A stretch of 64,000 nt of DNA from Gemmatimonadales bacterium (GCA_965249575.1 OZ252244.1:576001-640000); one strand, 5' to 3'; counted from the first letter of the stretch, positions 32,072 to 42,458 are shown. Translations and numbers: made by a program. Notes: generated from the sequence alone by a model not told the origin.

Positions 32072-34011
32072 AACTCGTACTCCTACACACCAAAGAGTTC
32101 GCCATCGCTCCGATCGCCGACGCCCTCGAGGTTGAGGGCGTCCAGTCGCGCGCGATCGATTCCGCCAGGGACCTGACGGTCGGCGATCAGCCCACAGCCC
32201 TGGTACTCGACGTTCCCGACCGACCCGAGTTCACCGCCAACGATCTGCAAAGCTTCGTCGATTCGGGCGGTGCGGTCGTTGTCCTCGGCGGCCCCGATGA
32301 GCGCGAGCTGCCCGACCACCCGACCGACGACCTCCTGGCGGCCTTCGTGCCCCACCCACACACTCGCCGCCACCTGCTCGTCGCGCTCCGGACCGCGTAC
32401 CGCGAATCGGCGGCCGTCGCGGAGACGGCCCGGGCGCGCCACGAGGCGGCCTCACGAACCAAGGAGATCTCCGAGCTGACGCACATCGGTGTCGCGCTCG
32501 CGACCGAACGCGACTACAACACGCTCCTCGATTTGATCCTCGAGCAGGCCAGGCGAATTGCCGGCGCCGACGCCGGCAGCCTCTACCTGGTCGAGGCGCC
32601 CGACGAAGGGGCGAAACGCCTGCGCTTCAAGCTCGCACAGAACTATTCGCGGCCTGAGATTCCGTTCGTCGAGTTCACGATCCCAATCGATCAGACCAGC
32701 ATCGCGGGGTACGTCGCCAGCACGGGCGAGCCGCTGGTGATCGATGACGCCTACTTCATCGCTCCGGACGTCCAGTATTCCATCAACCGGTCGTTCGACG
32801 AGAAATACGGTTACCGCACGAAATCGCTGCTGACCATCCCCATGAAGGATCACAAGGAAGAGGTCATCGGCGTACTCCAGTTGATCAACCGCAAGCGCCA
32901 CTTCGAAGCCAAGCTCGAGAAGCTCGATGACTTCGAGGTGGAGATCATTCCGTACAGCCGACGGATGGTGGACCTCGTCTCTTCCCTCGCGGGACAGGCA
33001 GCGGTCTCCATCGAGAACAGCCGGCTCTACGAGAGCATCGAGCGCCTGTTCGAGGGATTCGTCACCGCGGCGGTGACGGCGATCGAACAACGCGATCCGA
33101 CGACCTTTGGACACTCCGGCCGGGTGGCGAGCATGACAGTCGGCCTGGCGGAGACCGTGGATGGAGCGGGTGACGCCAAATACGGCGACATTCGCTTCAC
33201 GCGGGAAGAGTTGCGCGAAATTCGGTACGCCGGATTACTGCATGACTTCGGCAAGGTCGGCGTTCGAGAACAAGTCCTGGTGAAGGCCAAGAAGCTCTAT
33301 CCCCCCGATCTGTCGCTGGTCAGGCAGCGCTATGCGTTCATCCGCCGAACGGCGGAGCGGGATTTCCACGAGCAGCGGGCCCAGTACCTCGAGCAGGAGG
33401 GCAAAAATGGGTACGCCAAGTTCAGTAAGCAACTGGATTCGGAGCACAAAACACGGCTCGAAGAGCTAGACCGGTTCATGAAGCTGGTCACGGACTCCAA
33501 CGAGCCAACTGTCTTACCCGAAGGAAACTTTGCCGAGCTCATGCGATTCAGGGAGGCCCGTTACTTCGACATCGAGGGCGAGGAACAGCCGTACTTGACT
33601 GACGACGAAGCGCGCTATCTAACCATCCGAAAGGGAAGCCTGGATGACGCGGAGCGCGTCGAAATCGAAAGCCACGTCGCCCACACGTACCGCTTCCTAC
33701 TCCAGATCCCGTGGACCAAGGAATTGCAGCACATCCCGACGATCGCCTACGGCCATCACGAAAAACTGAACGGCAGCGGCTACCCGCGGCACGTCACTGC
33801 GGATTCGATTCCGATCCAGACGCGCATGATGACCATAGCGGACATTTTTGACGCGCTCACGGCCTCCGACCGTCCGTACAAACGGGCCGTGCCAGTGCCC
33901 CGCGCCCTCGACATCATGAATCACGAGGTCGACGACGGAATGCTGGATTCGGATCTCTTCAGCCTGTTCATCGACGCGAAGGTCTTCGAGCGGTCGCAAG
34001 ACGATCAATAG
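32068..34011 (+). CDS. GAF + HD-GYP phosphodiesterase with helical insertion
   Basis: ADAGSLYL, SIAGYVA, IGVLQLIN; GHSGRV, LLHDFGK, HHEKLNGSGYP, IADIFDALT..RPYK. Confidence 0.92.
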   Translation: MKLVLLHTKEFAIAPIADALEVEGVQSRAIDSARDLTVGDQPTALVLDVPDRPEFTANDLQSFVDSGGAVVVLGGPDERELPDHPTDDLLAAFVPHPHTRRHLLVALRTAYRESAAVAETARARHEAASRTKEISELTHIGVALATERDYNTLLDLILEQARRIAGADAGSLYLVEAPDEGAKRLRFKLAQNYSRPEIPFVEFTIPIDQTSIAGYVASTGEPLVIDDAYFIAPDVQYSINRSFDEKYGYRTKSLLTIPMKDHKEEVIGVLQLINRKRHFEAKLEKLDDFEVEIIPYSRRMVDLVSSLAGQAAVSIENSRLYESIERLFEGFVTAAVTAIEQRDPTTFGHSGRVASMTVGLAETVDGAGDAKYGDIRFTREELREIRYAGLLHDFGKVGVREQVLVKAKKLYPPDLSLVRQRYAFIRRTAERDFHEQRAQYLEQEGKNGYAKFSKQLDSEHKTRLEELDRFMKLVTDSNEPTVLPEGNFAELMRFREARYFDIEGEEQPYLTDDEARYLTIRKGSLDDAERVEIESHVAHTYRFLLQIPWTKELQHIPTIAYGHHEKLNGSGYPRHVTADSIPIQTRMMTIADIFDALTASDRPYKRAVPVPRALDIMNHEVDDGMLDSDLFSLFIDAKVFERSQDDQ

Positions 34012-34035
34012 ACAACGGGATGAGACGCGGAGCGG

Positions 34036-35565
34036 TCAGCGCGGACTCGTGCGGCTCCGCGTAACGGCCAGCCCCAAAAGAATCGCTGTGCCGAGCAGGG
34101 CCCCCCACCCCACCCAGTCTCCGAGCCACGCGTAGGGCGGTAACCGATCGACCGTAAAGACTTCCCGCGACGCCACCGTCTCAAGGCCCGCGTCCGTGCG
34201 CAGTGAGCGGCCGACCGGATCGACAAACACCGATACCCCCGCATTCGCGACGCGTACGGCTCCGATTCTGTTTTCGATCGCCCGCATCACGATGTGCGCT
34301 AGGTGCTGTTCAACACCGAGCGTTCCCACGATCCAGGCGTCGTTCGTGATGTTGACGACCAGTTCCGCGCCGCGCCTCCGATACTCGCGAGCCAGCTCCT
34401 CGAATGCGGCCTCGAAGCAGATTAGGACGCCGAAGCGGGCGCTCGCCGCCTCGAACACCGGCGCCGTGTTTCCCGCCTGAAACGCTGCCACCCGTGTCCG
34501 CAAGCGGCCAACCAGCGGCATGCGCTCGACGAGGGGGACGAGCCGTCGCTTCCGGTAAACGCGAGGCCCACCGCCATGCCCTCCGGCGTCGAACAGGAAC
34601 GCCGCATTAAACCGTGTGACGCCCCTCGCAGGGAGCGTTTCTCGATCCTCCCCGCCCACTAAGACAGGCTTCCCCAACCGACCAGCCAACTCCGCAATCG
34701 CCCGTGAGGCGTCCGGTGTCGCGTGGAAGTAACCGAGGACCGCGGATTCCGGCCACACCAGCAGCCCGGCGTCCGATCTGAAGGCGCCCCGTCCTGAGAG
34801 CGCAACCATGTGCCGCAGCGACGATTCTCGCGCAGCCGGAGATGGTTCCGCTCGATAGCTCACGTTGGATTGGACAGCCGTGACCGTGCCAGCGGATCGC
34901 ATAGCAACGACTTCTGCTCGGACGGTGCCATACACATACGCAGCGAGCACGCCGAGCAGGACAGGCACGAAGAGCCGCGCCGAGCGCCGCGGGTGCTTCC
35001 GTCGCGTCCATGCAACTCCCAAGGCGGCGTTCGCCATGGCCAGCAGGAACGTGACTCCGCGGGCGCCGACCACGTCAGCGATTTGGACCAAGGTGACGTA
35101 TCCGGTGAGCGAGGTCCCGAGCCCGAGCCACGGGAACCGAACGGCGCCCTGGTGAGCGATGAGCCACTCTGACGCGGTCCAGACGAAAGGGAAAACCGTC
35201 ACCACGGTGATGCCGGTCCAGCGCGTGAGCCACCCGACGAGTCCAAACGCAATCGCCCCGTGGGCACCGAGAACGAGCAGTGCAAGTGGATATCCCGCCA
35301 AGAACACCGGGTTCACCCGGTTCAGGGCTATCGGCATCCAATACAGCAGGGCGGCGCTCGACAGGATACCGAACCAGAACCCCTGGGCCAGAAGCCGCCG
35401 GAGAGGTCGTCCGTCACGCTCCGCATCCCCGAGCGCCGCGACGACCGGTGCCAGGCACACGAAAGAGGGAATGAGCAGATGGAACGGGGGGTAGGCGAAG
35501 AAAAGGAGGATCGATCCGCTGATCAGCAGGAACCAGTCTCGGCGAGGCAATGCCAACCCGGTCAC
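34036..35565 (-). CDS. lnt: Apolipoprotein N-acyltransferase
   Basis: FPWLGLG, WPES, YRKRRLVP, ICFE (E-K-C triad), NITNDAW, RAIEN. Confidence 0.93.
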   Translation of the reverse strand: MTGLALPRRDWFLLISGSILLFFAYPPFHLLIPSFVCLAPVVAALGDAERDGRPLRRLLAQGFWFGILSSAALLYWMPIALNRVNPVFLAGYPLALLVLGAHGAIAFGLVGWLTRWTGITVVTVFPFVWTASEWLIAHQGAVRFPWLGLGTSLTGYVTLVQIADVVGARGVTFLLAMANAALGVAWTRRKHPRRSARLFVPVLLGVLAAYVYGTVRAEVVAMRSAGTVTAVQSNVSYRAEPSPAARESSLRHMVALSGRGAFRSDAGLLVWPESAVLGYFHATPDASRAIAELAGRLGKPVLVGGEDRETLPARGVTRFNAAFLFDAGGHGGGPRVYRKRRLVPLVERMPLVGRLRTRVAAFQAGNTAPVFEAASARFGVLICFEAAFEELAREYRRRGAELVVNITNDAWIVGTLGVEQHLAHIVMRAIENRIGAVRVANAGVSVFVDPVGRSLRTDAGLETVASREVFTVDRLPPYAWLGDWVGWGALLGTAILLGLAVTRSRTSPR

Positions 35566-36572
35566 GGGGCCACGGCGCCCCCCTCCCGCGCCGCGCGCTC
35601 CGCGGCCGCTACGAGGCGGTGGAGTACAACCTGATCATCGAGATCCGGTGCCGGCTGTTCGCCGCGTGTCACGGCGAGAAACTGCGCCCACTCGGCGAGG
35701 TATGAAGCGGTAAAAACATGCTGCCCGGCCGCCCCCAAGGACGGTGTGACATCGGCCGGCACGCCGTGCGCCTCTGTAAACACTCTCAGCGGGCCGATGC
35801 TCGCAGATCCCTTCGAGCCCATCGCTTCAAACCAGAGTCGTTCCGCGTCACCCATGTGATGCCACGAAACATCCACGAAGATCGAAAGATCGTTCTCGCA
35901 TGCGAGCAGGACGCATCCCGAATCCTCGACTCCTGCGCCGCGGTCAACTCCGGAGAAGGCACTGGTGACGTGCGTGACCTGGGGATGCCCCGCCACCCAA
36001 AGTGACAGATCGATGAGTGGAAGGCCCAGGTCGAGGACTGCACCACCCCCGGACTCGGCCCTACGTCGTCGCCACGTCAGCGCGGACCGGGACGGACGAA
36101 ACACGTACCACCCAGCTCGAATGGCTTTCAGCTGCCCGAGCTCCGGCTGGCCCACGAAGCCGCGGATCGCCCGCACGTCTGAGCGGTACCGATGATTCAT
36201 ACCTACCATGACGGGTCGACCGGCGTGGCCACTCGCCTCGATGATTCTCTCCACTCCGGCAGCCGACAGGGCCAGTGGCCGCTCACACAGCACGCTCGCG
36301 CCGTGGGATAGGGCGGTCAGGATGTGTACCTCGTGCAGATGATTCGGGGTGCAGATGACGACGATGTCGGGCTTGGAGTAAGCCAGGAGCGCCTCGATGT
36401 CATCGTAGGCATCGCGGACGCCGAATCGTAAGCCCAGTGCCTGTGCCTTCGGGAGGTCGTTGTCGCAAATCGCAACCACCTCCGACTCGTCGAGTTTCGT
36501 CGCCACGGGGAGGTGCGCCACCTGGGCAATACTACCTGCTCCCACGACACCGATACGGACAGTCGATGTCAC
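35562..36572 (-). CDS. Gfo/Idh/MocA family oxidoreductase
   Basis: IGVVGAGSIA, CTPNHLH, LCERP, GGGAVLDLG. Confidence 0.9.
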   Translation of the reverse strand: MTSTVRIGVVGAGSIAQVAHLPVATKLDESEVVAICDNDLPKAQALGLRFGVRDAYDDIEALLAYSKPDIVVICTPNHLHEVHILTALSHGASVLCERPLALSAAGVERIIEASGHAGRPVMVGMNHRYRSDVRAIRGFVGQPELGQLKAIRAGWYVFRPSRSALTWRRRRAESGGGAVLDLGLPLIDLSLWVAGHPQVTHVTSAFSGVDRGAGVEDSGCVLLACENDLSIFVDVSWHHMGDAERLWFEAMGSKGSASIGPLRVFTEAHGVPADVTPSLGAAGQHVFTASYLAEWAQFLAVTRGEQPAPDLDDQVVLHRLVAAAERAAREGGAVAP

Positions 36573-37222
36573 CGGGGTGTCGCTTGAGGAATCCGTATCA
36601 TTAGTCCCCCCCGTCCCACGATCGATCGCAGCTCGTCGGTCAGCACTCCCCGAACGTCAGTGCTGAGATATAGTTGCCCGCTGATCTTTATCAGAGCTCC
36701 GACAGACGCGTTTACTCCCCCCGCGACGGTATCCAGTGCATCCTCGACAAACGTCCCGTCGATAGCCGCGCCAGAGCCGTTACGCCAGTGGAGTCCCACA
36801 CCCAGTCCAATGAAGGGTACGAACGACTCGGAGCCGGGGATCATGTATTGGAGATCGAGGTCCGCCACGAGATGCGACCAACGAATGGTCCCGACCACGA
36901 TATCGAAGTCGTTGGAGGGATCGACGACCACCCGTCGCAAGCTCGCCTCGAACTTACCGATCTCGTCGGCATTGAAGTCGCTACGGAACCAGCTCAGGCC
37001 GGTCAATACGCGGACCCGCGGCGCGATGAAACCGTGGTCAACTCGAACAGCCGGCGAAACGGTAGACTGCACCCGATCGGACGCGATGGCTCCGAACTCG
37101 ATGCCGACTCCGGAGAAACGCATCCCCTCGTAGCTGAACTGGTCGAGGATTCCCTGGGCCCGGAGACCCTGAGGGACGACGATCGCGAAGAGCGCGGCGG
37201 TCAGCCTAATACCAGCGGTCAA
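36569..37222 (-). CDS. Putative small outer-membrane beta-barrel protein
   Basis: Signal peptide; alternating strands (DLDLQY, PFIGLGVGLH, GVNASVG). Confidence 0.55.
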   Translation of the reverse strand: MTAGIRLTAALFAIVVPQGLRAQGILDQFSYEGMRFSGVGIEFGAIASDRVQSTVSPAVRVDHGFIAPRVRVLTGLSWFRSDFNADEIGKFEASLRRVVVDPSNDFDIVVGTIRWSHLVADLDLQYMIPGSESFVPFIGLGVGLHWRNGSGAAIDGTFVEDALDTVAGGVNASVGALIKISGQLYLSTDVRGVLTDELRSIVGRGGLMIRIPQATPR

Positions 37223-38456
37223 TGCGAGTTCCGGGAAAGTATTTTGTCACGATGGTGTTGTAGCTCTGCCCAGCACGAGCCCGGCCCACCGCGCCCCACT
37301 GGCACATTCCAACCCCATGGCCCCAACCCGCCCCAGCGGCCGTGAAGATCAGCCCGCGGTCCCCGTCGCGCTTCGTGGAGATCTGGACGGCGGTACTGCT
37401 GAGGGCTTGCCCGTCGGGTCGCCTAAAAACCGAGCGGATTTCGGGACCGGGCACCGCGATTTCACCGCCTGCCATCCGTACTCGGACCTCGGTCGCCCTA
37501 CCGGACTCACCCGTCCGCGCAACCCGCACGTCGCGGACTTCGTCCAGCTTCTCTGGGGCCACGCCGAGCGTTGCCCTCACCGATTGTCGAAGGATATTCC
37601 GGAGGGTGGCCGCATCCCACTCGACACGCCAGCGGAAGTGGGGTGAGATATCGCAGTAGTACCCACCTCGCTTCTTGTCGGTCACGGAACGCAGGTAGGG
37701 TCGAGCGGCCACCGAGTGGAACACTTCCTCGGGCGAGGCAGTCGCGAAACCGCATGTCGAGTGAAAAAACGGTGCAATGAGACGGCGGCGGTAGGTAACC
37801 ACTCGGCCCGCGGTCGATCTCACCGCTTCGCTCCCCCGTGGCATCTCAGCATCGACGCCGCCGTACGCCTGATCGGAAACGGATCCACGCACGTCGAAGC
37901 CTTCCGAGGCGAATCGTCCCCTGTTCGACAATGCGTAGGTCCGGGAAACGACAGCTTGAGCGCGGAGCGCTTCGATTTCATCGGCTGTTCTGGATCCGAT
38001 CTCCTGCGCAACGACGCCGCGCAGATACGCCTCGAGCGCCACCCGGTTCACGACGGTCAAGCCACCGCCTTTTTGAAACACCTCGACCGTTCCCCGGTAG
38101 GGCCTGCCATTGACGAGAACGTGCTGGCCCGGATCGAGGGTGGCAAAGGTCAAGCGCTCGTATCGCCCCTCGCTTCCTCGGCCGCGCACTTGGATGCCCA
38201 GGCCCGCCGGAACGATCGCGCTCGGCCGATCCGCCTGGATACGAAACCCGAGATCACCGTTCGCGACGGCGGCAACGTCTCCCTGTCCACCAACGGTGAC
38301 CTCCTCGACTCCCACGAGGAGACCAACGCGAATATCGGGCTCACGGGCCTCCCGGGAGGGAGCGCGCGGATACCCGCACGCCGCAACCGAGGTCGCCGTG
38401 ACGCTAGCCGCGAGCGGCGCGAACCATCGCGCTCGCCAGCCGTTCGATCGTCTCAT
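37206..38456 (-). CDS. SpoIID/LytB domain lipoprotein (lytic transglycosylase)
   Basis: Lipobox VAAC; YRG, EAYLRGVVAQE, ALRAQAVVSRTYA, DQAYGG, GWGHGVGMCQWGA; start uncertain. Confidence 0.9.
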   Translation of the reverse strand: MRRSNGWRARWFAPLAASVTATSVAACGYPRAPSREAREPDIRVGLLVGVEEVTVGGQGDVAAVANGDLGFRIQADRPSAIVPAGLGIQVRGRGSEGRYERLTFATLDPGQHVLVNGRPYRGTVEVFQKGGGLTVVNRVALEAYLRGVVAQEIGSRTADEIEALRAQAVVSRTYALSNRGRFASEGFDVRGSVSDQAYGGVDAEMPRGSEAVRSTAGRVVTYRRRLIAPFFHSTCGFATASPEEVFHSVAARPYLRSVTDKKRGGYYCDISPHFRWRVEWDAATLRNILRQSVRATLGVAPEKLDEVRDVRVARTGESGRATEVRVRMAGGEIAVPGPEIRSVFRRPDGQALSSTAVQISTKRDGDRGLIFTAAGAGWGHGVGMCQWGAVGRARAGQSYNTIVTKYFPGTRIDRWY

Positions 38457-39690
38457 CGATGAGGTCGTCGGTGTGGGCCGCCGACACGAAGGCAGTTTCG
38501 AAGGGGGACGGAGGGAGCAGTACTCCCCCCTCACGCGCCGCGCGATGAAACCGGACGAAGAGATCCGTATCGGACTGGCGCGCCGCCGCAAAATCGGTCA
38601 CCGGGCCCGGATGAAAGTAGATCCCCCACATCGACCCGACATGGGCTGCGGTCAGCGGCACTCCCGCCCCTCGAGCGGCAGTCGACAGCCCCTGCGTGAG
38701 TTTCTCCGTGCGCTGCTCCAACGCCTCGTACAAGCCGTCGGATCGGGCAACGTCGAGAACCGCCAACCCCGCCGCCGTCGCAAGCGGATTACCGGAGAGC
38801 GTTCCCGCCTGGTACACCGGGCCCGCCGGCGCAATGCACTGCATCAAGTCACGCCGACCGCCGTACGCCGCCAGCGGCACACCCCCTCCGATGACCTTGC
38901 CCATCGTGGTGAGGTCCGCTCGAATGCCGAAACGGGACTGCGCCCCGCCTTCGTGGACGCGAAACCCGGTCATCACTTCATCGAAGATGAGCAGTGCACC
39001 CTCGGACCGAGTGAGGTCGCGCAAAGCGGAGAGAAATCCCTCGACCGGGGGAATGCATCCCACGTTGCCCAGTACCGGCTCTATGATAACGGCCGCCACA
39101 TTGCCGGCGTGGTGAGTGAGCACCTGCCGCACCGCGTCCGCATTGTTGAACGGGCACGTGACCGTGAGGCGAGCCACGTCGGCGGGCACCCCGGGACTGT
39201 CCGGGAGGCCCAGTGTGGCCACCCCGCTTCCCGCCGCGACGAGAAATCCATCCGCATGCCCATGGTAGCCGCCGTGGAACTTGATCACGAGATCGCGCTT
39301 CGTCACTGCACGAGCGAGCCGCACCGCGGACATCGTGGCTTCCGTCCCGCTGTTCACGAAGCGCACGACGTCCACGGAAGGAACCAACTCGACGATCCGT
39401 TCCGCCAGGGCGATCTCCCCGGGCTGGGTGAGTCCGTAGGTCGTGCCTCGTCCAACCGCGTCGTGGAGCGCGGCGCGAACTTTGGGGTGGTCGTGACCGA
39501 GGAGGAGCGCGCCCCACGAGAGTACGTAGTCGATGAACTCCTCGCCATCCGCGTCTACGACGTGCGCTCCCTGCGCCTCGCGAACGATCAGTGGGAGTTC
39601 ATTCACCGCGCCAAACGCGCGGACTGGTGAGTTCACTCCTCCGACGAGAACGGCCTGCGCGCGAGCGATGAGCTCGGCGGTCTTCGTCAC
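38404..39690 (-). CDS. hemL: Glutamate-1-semialdehyde 2,1-aminomutase
   Basis: GGVNSPVRAF, NSGTEA, FDEVMTGFR, GKVIGGG, YQAGTLSGNP. Confidence 0.97.
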   Translation of the reverse strand: MTKTAELIARAQAVLVGGVNSPVRAFGAVNELPLIVREAQGAHVVDADGEEFIDYVLSWGALLLGHDHPKVRAALHDAVGRGTTYGLTQPGEIALAERIVELVPSVDVVRFVNSGTEATMSAVRLARAVTKRDLVIKFHGGYHGHADGFLVAAGSGVATLGLPDSPGVPADVARLTVTCPFNNADAVRQVLTHHAGNVAAVIIEPVLGNVGCIPPVEGFLSALRDLTRSEGALLIFDEVMTGFRVHEGGAQSRFGIRADLTTMGKVIGGGVPLAAYGGRRDLMQCIAPAGPVYQAGTLSGNPLATAAGLAVLDVARSDGLYEALEQRTEKLTQGLSTAARGAGVPLTAAHVGSMWGIYFHPGPVTDFAAARQSDTDLFVRFHRAAREGGVLLPPSPFETAFVSAAHTDDLIDETIERLASAMVRAARG

Positions 39691-41006
39691 GACGCGGGGA
39701 CCGCGCGAAAGTCGAAATCTTCGCTACTCGTAATTCGGACCTTCATGATGTCCCCGGCTCCGGCCCAGCCGCCCGCGGATAGCCGAGTGACCCCGTCGAC
39801 GTCGTCGGCCTGCCAGACAACTCGCCCGACGTGTGTCACACCCTCGAGATCGGGATCCGTGATTTCATCCACCAACAGGTCGACCTCACGTCCAACGAAA
39901 CGGCTCAGGCGCTCCGACGAAATGGCGCGCTGAAGCTCCAACAACTCCTGTTCACGCTCGAGTTGGACTTCGTCGGGAACGTCGTCCTCGTACTCTGCCG
40001 CCCGCGTTCCGTCTTGCGGAGAAAATGCGAACACCCCGAGGCGCTCGAAGCCTACCTCGTCGGCGAAATCACACAGCGTGCGGAAGTCCTCGTCCCGCTC
40101 CCCCGGGAAGCCCACCAGCGCGGTGCTGCGGATCGCGATGTCCGGAACGGCTCCGCGCAGCCACGCCACTTTTTTCCGGATCGTGTCCTGCCGCTCGGGA
40201 CGCCGCATGCGTTCCAACATGCGATCGGAGCCGTGTTGAATCGGTATATCGATGTAGGGCACGACGCGCGGTTGCCGCGCCATAAGGCTCACGAGGCCCT
40301 CGCTGAGCCCAGCGGAGTACACGTACAGTAGCCGGAACCACGGGACCGAGGTTTCGGTGAGTAACGCGTCAAGCAGCTCCGGTAGCTTGGGACCGGACCG
40401 GCCGAGATCGCGACCATAGTGGCCGAGATCCTGCGCGACCAGATTGATCTCCTTGGCGCCCTGTCTCTCAAGCTCCTGAGCCTCGGCGACCAAGCGCTCG
40501 AGAGGCTCCGATCGATGCTTGCCGCGCATGAGTGGAATGGCACAGAAGGCACAGGTATGGTCGCAGCCTTCGGAGATCTTGAGATACCGCACATGTGGCC
40601 CTTCCCCCACGTACTGGCGGACGCCCGGGTGCCGGCCAGCCGGGTTTTCGCCAAGCAGACCACGCGCAACCAGCTCGGGAACGAGCGTCGGGAGCTCACG
40701 AAATCCCAGGAAGAGGTCCACCTCGGGCATCTCCGCAGCCAGTTCGGCGCGGTAGCGTTGGACCAAACAGCCGACCACAACGACCGCGTTGACCCGCCCC
40801 TGCTCCTTGAGGGCGGCAGCCTCCAGAATTGCGTCAATCGACTCGCGTTTCGCGGCGTCAATGAAACCACAGGTGTTGATGAGGATGACGTCGGCACCGG
40901 CGGGATCGGCGACCACCTTTGCTCCGTGGCCGACCAGGTTCCCGACGACCCGCTCCGAATCGACGGTCGCCTTGTCACACCCCAGAGACACGACGCCGAG
41001 CTTCAC
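39687..41006 (-). CDS. rimO: Ribosomal protein S12 methylthiotransferase
   Basis: LGCDK, NTCGFI, GCLVQRY, CDHTCAFC, TRAM end. Confidence 0.94.
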   Translation of the reverse strand: MKLGVVSLGCDKATVDSERVVGNLVGHGAKVVADPAGADVILINTCGFIDAAKRESIDAILEAAALKEQGRVNAVVVVGCLVQRYRAELAAEMPEVDLFLGFRELPTLVPELVARGLLGENPAGRHPGVRQYVGEGPHVRYLKISEGCDHTCAFCAIPLMRGKHRSEPLERLVAEAQELERQGAKEINLVAQDLGHYGRDLGRSGPKLPELLDALLTETSVPWFRLLYVYSAGLSEGLVSLMARQPRVVPYIDIPIQHGSDRMLERMRRPERQDTIRKKVAWLRGAVPDIAIRSTALVGFPGERDEDFRTLCDFADEVGFERLGVFAFSPQDGTRAAEYEDDVPDEVQLEREQELLELQRAISSERLSRFVGREVDLLVDEITDPDLEGVTHVGRVVWQADDVDGVTRLSAGGWAGAGDIMKVRITSSEDFDFRAVPAS

Positions 41007-41506
41007 GACCGGTAGTTGCCGAAGGTGAGCTCGAGGCCGAAGTCCTGCTCCTGCAAGAACTGGATGACGTCTTGCAGGACATCCCTGGATGCCCCCGAAA
41101 CGCGCAGCTCGTCGCCTTGTATCGCGATCTGCACCTTTTTGAACTTGCGCTCCTTCACTGCCTTGACGATCCTGCGCGCCGTGTCGGTGGGGATCCCCTG
41201 CTCGAGCTGAATCTCGCGGCGTACGGTCCCTCCGGCCGCCGGCTCTACCTCGCCAACCTGGAGGTTCTTCAATGGCACTCCCCGCTTGACCAGCTTCCCC
41301 TGGAGGATGTCGAAGAGTGCTTTCATCTTGAAATCGTCGTCGGCCACCAGGTCGACCTGTGCCTTGGCCCGGTCGAACGTCACGGCGCTCCGCGATCCCT
41401 TGAAGTCGTAGCGCTGGCGGACCTCTTTCATCGTCTGATTGACCGCGTTATCGACCTCTTGGAGATCGGCGCCGGTCGAGACGTCAAAGGAGGATTGGCC
41501 AGCCAT
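41003..41506 (-). CDS. yajQ: YajQ family nucleotide/c-di-GMP-binding protein
   Basis: SFDVS, QEVDNAV, RYDFKG, IQGDELRVSG, FGNYR. Confidence 0.95.
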   Translation of the reverse strand: MAGQSSFDVSTGADLQEVDNAVNQTMKEVRQRYDFKGSRSAVTFDRAKAQVDLVADDDFKMKALFDILQGKLVKRGVPLKNLQVGEVEPAAGGTVRREIQLEQGIPTDTARRIVKAVKERKFKKVQIAIQGDELRVSGASRDVLQDVIQFLQEQDFGLELTFGNYRS

Positions 41507-41600
41507 GCTGCGCAATATATAGAGGACGGGGGACGGAAGGACAGCGACGAGAAGGGCAGTTCCCGCGGACCACAAGAGCGATCAACGCGGGATCCGCTCG

Positions 41601-42458
41601 TTACCCGAGAAAGCTCTCCAGTGCTCGAGCCCTGCTGACGTGGCGTAGCCGGGCGAGCGACTTTTCTTTGATCTGACGCACTCGCTCGCGCGTAATCCCC
41701 AGCATGCTCCCGATCTCCTCCAGCGTCATCGGCTCTTGCCCATCGAGACCGAAGTACAACCGCAGGATCTTGCCTTCGCGCTCCTTGAGCGTCGAAAGCA
41801 CTTCTTCGATGGACTCTGACAACGCGTGCTCGAACGTCTCGTCGTCCGGACCTGGGTTTTGCGTGTCGGGGAGATAATCGAGGAGTTTGTTGTCTTCGCC
41901 CGGCGTGAGAGGAGCGTCGAGCGATAAGTGGCTCTGCGAGATGGAGAGGGTCTTGGCCACTTCGTCCTGGGAGATTTCCATTCCCTCTGCGATCTCCTCG
42001 ACGGTGGGTTCTCGACCCAGTTCCTGGAGGAGGGCGGATGATCGCTTCCCGATACGATGGAGGGTTCCGGCGCGGTTCAGCGGAACCCGGACAATGCGGC
42101 TCTGCTCGGCCAGGGCCTGAAGGATGGCTTGCCGGATCCACCACACCGCGTAGGAGATGAACTTGATCCCCTTGGTTTCGTCGAACTTGTGAGCCGCCCG
42201 GATCAACCCGAGGTTGCCCTCGTTGATGAGATCGGAGAGGCTCACTCCCTGATTCTGGTACTTCTTGGCTACTGACACCACGAACCGCAGGTTACTGCGC
42301 ACGAGTTTATCGAGCGATTCTTCGCACTGCTCGCGAATGCGCTGAGCGAGCCGCACTTCCTCTTCTCGATTGATGAGGGGGTACTGGCTGATCTCGCGCA
42401 GATACTGATCGAGCGAGCCTTCGTCCGACGGTACCTTCTTGGCCGAACTCATTCGCAT
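41601..42458 (-). CDS. Sigma-70 family factor, short RpoD/RpoS-like (regions 1.2-4)
   Basis: LDQYLREI, NLRFVVSVAKKY, DLINEGNLGL, FISYAVWWIRQAI, ITRERVRQI; GGAGG RBS. Confidence 0.94.
   Translation of the reverse strand: MRMSSAKKVPSDEGSLDQYLREISQYPLINREEEVRLAQRIREQCEESLDKLVRSNLRFVVSVAKKYQNQGVSLSDLINEGNLGLIRAAHKFDETKGIKFISYAVWWIRQAILQALAEQSRIVRVPLNRAGTLHRIGKRSSALLQELGREPTVEEIAEGMEISQDEVAKTLSISQSHLSLDAPLTPGEDNKLLDYLPDTQNPGPDDETFEHALSESIEEVLSTLKEREGKILRLYFGLDGQEPMTLEEIGSMLGITRERVRQIKEKSLARLRHVSRARALESFLG

Noticed and set aside
38110..39630. 506-aa plus-strand ORF and similar long Arg/Pro-rich ORFs (e.g. 929-1993, 2276-3382)
   Set aside because: They overlap well-supported genes, and their composition is typical of alternative frames.
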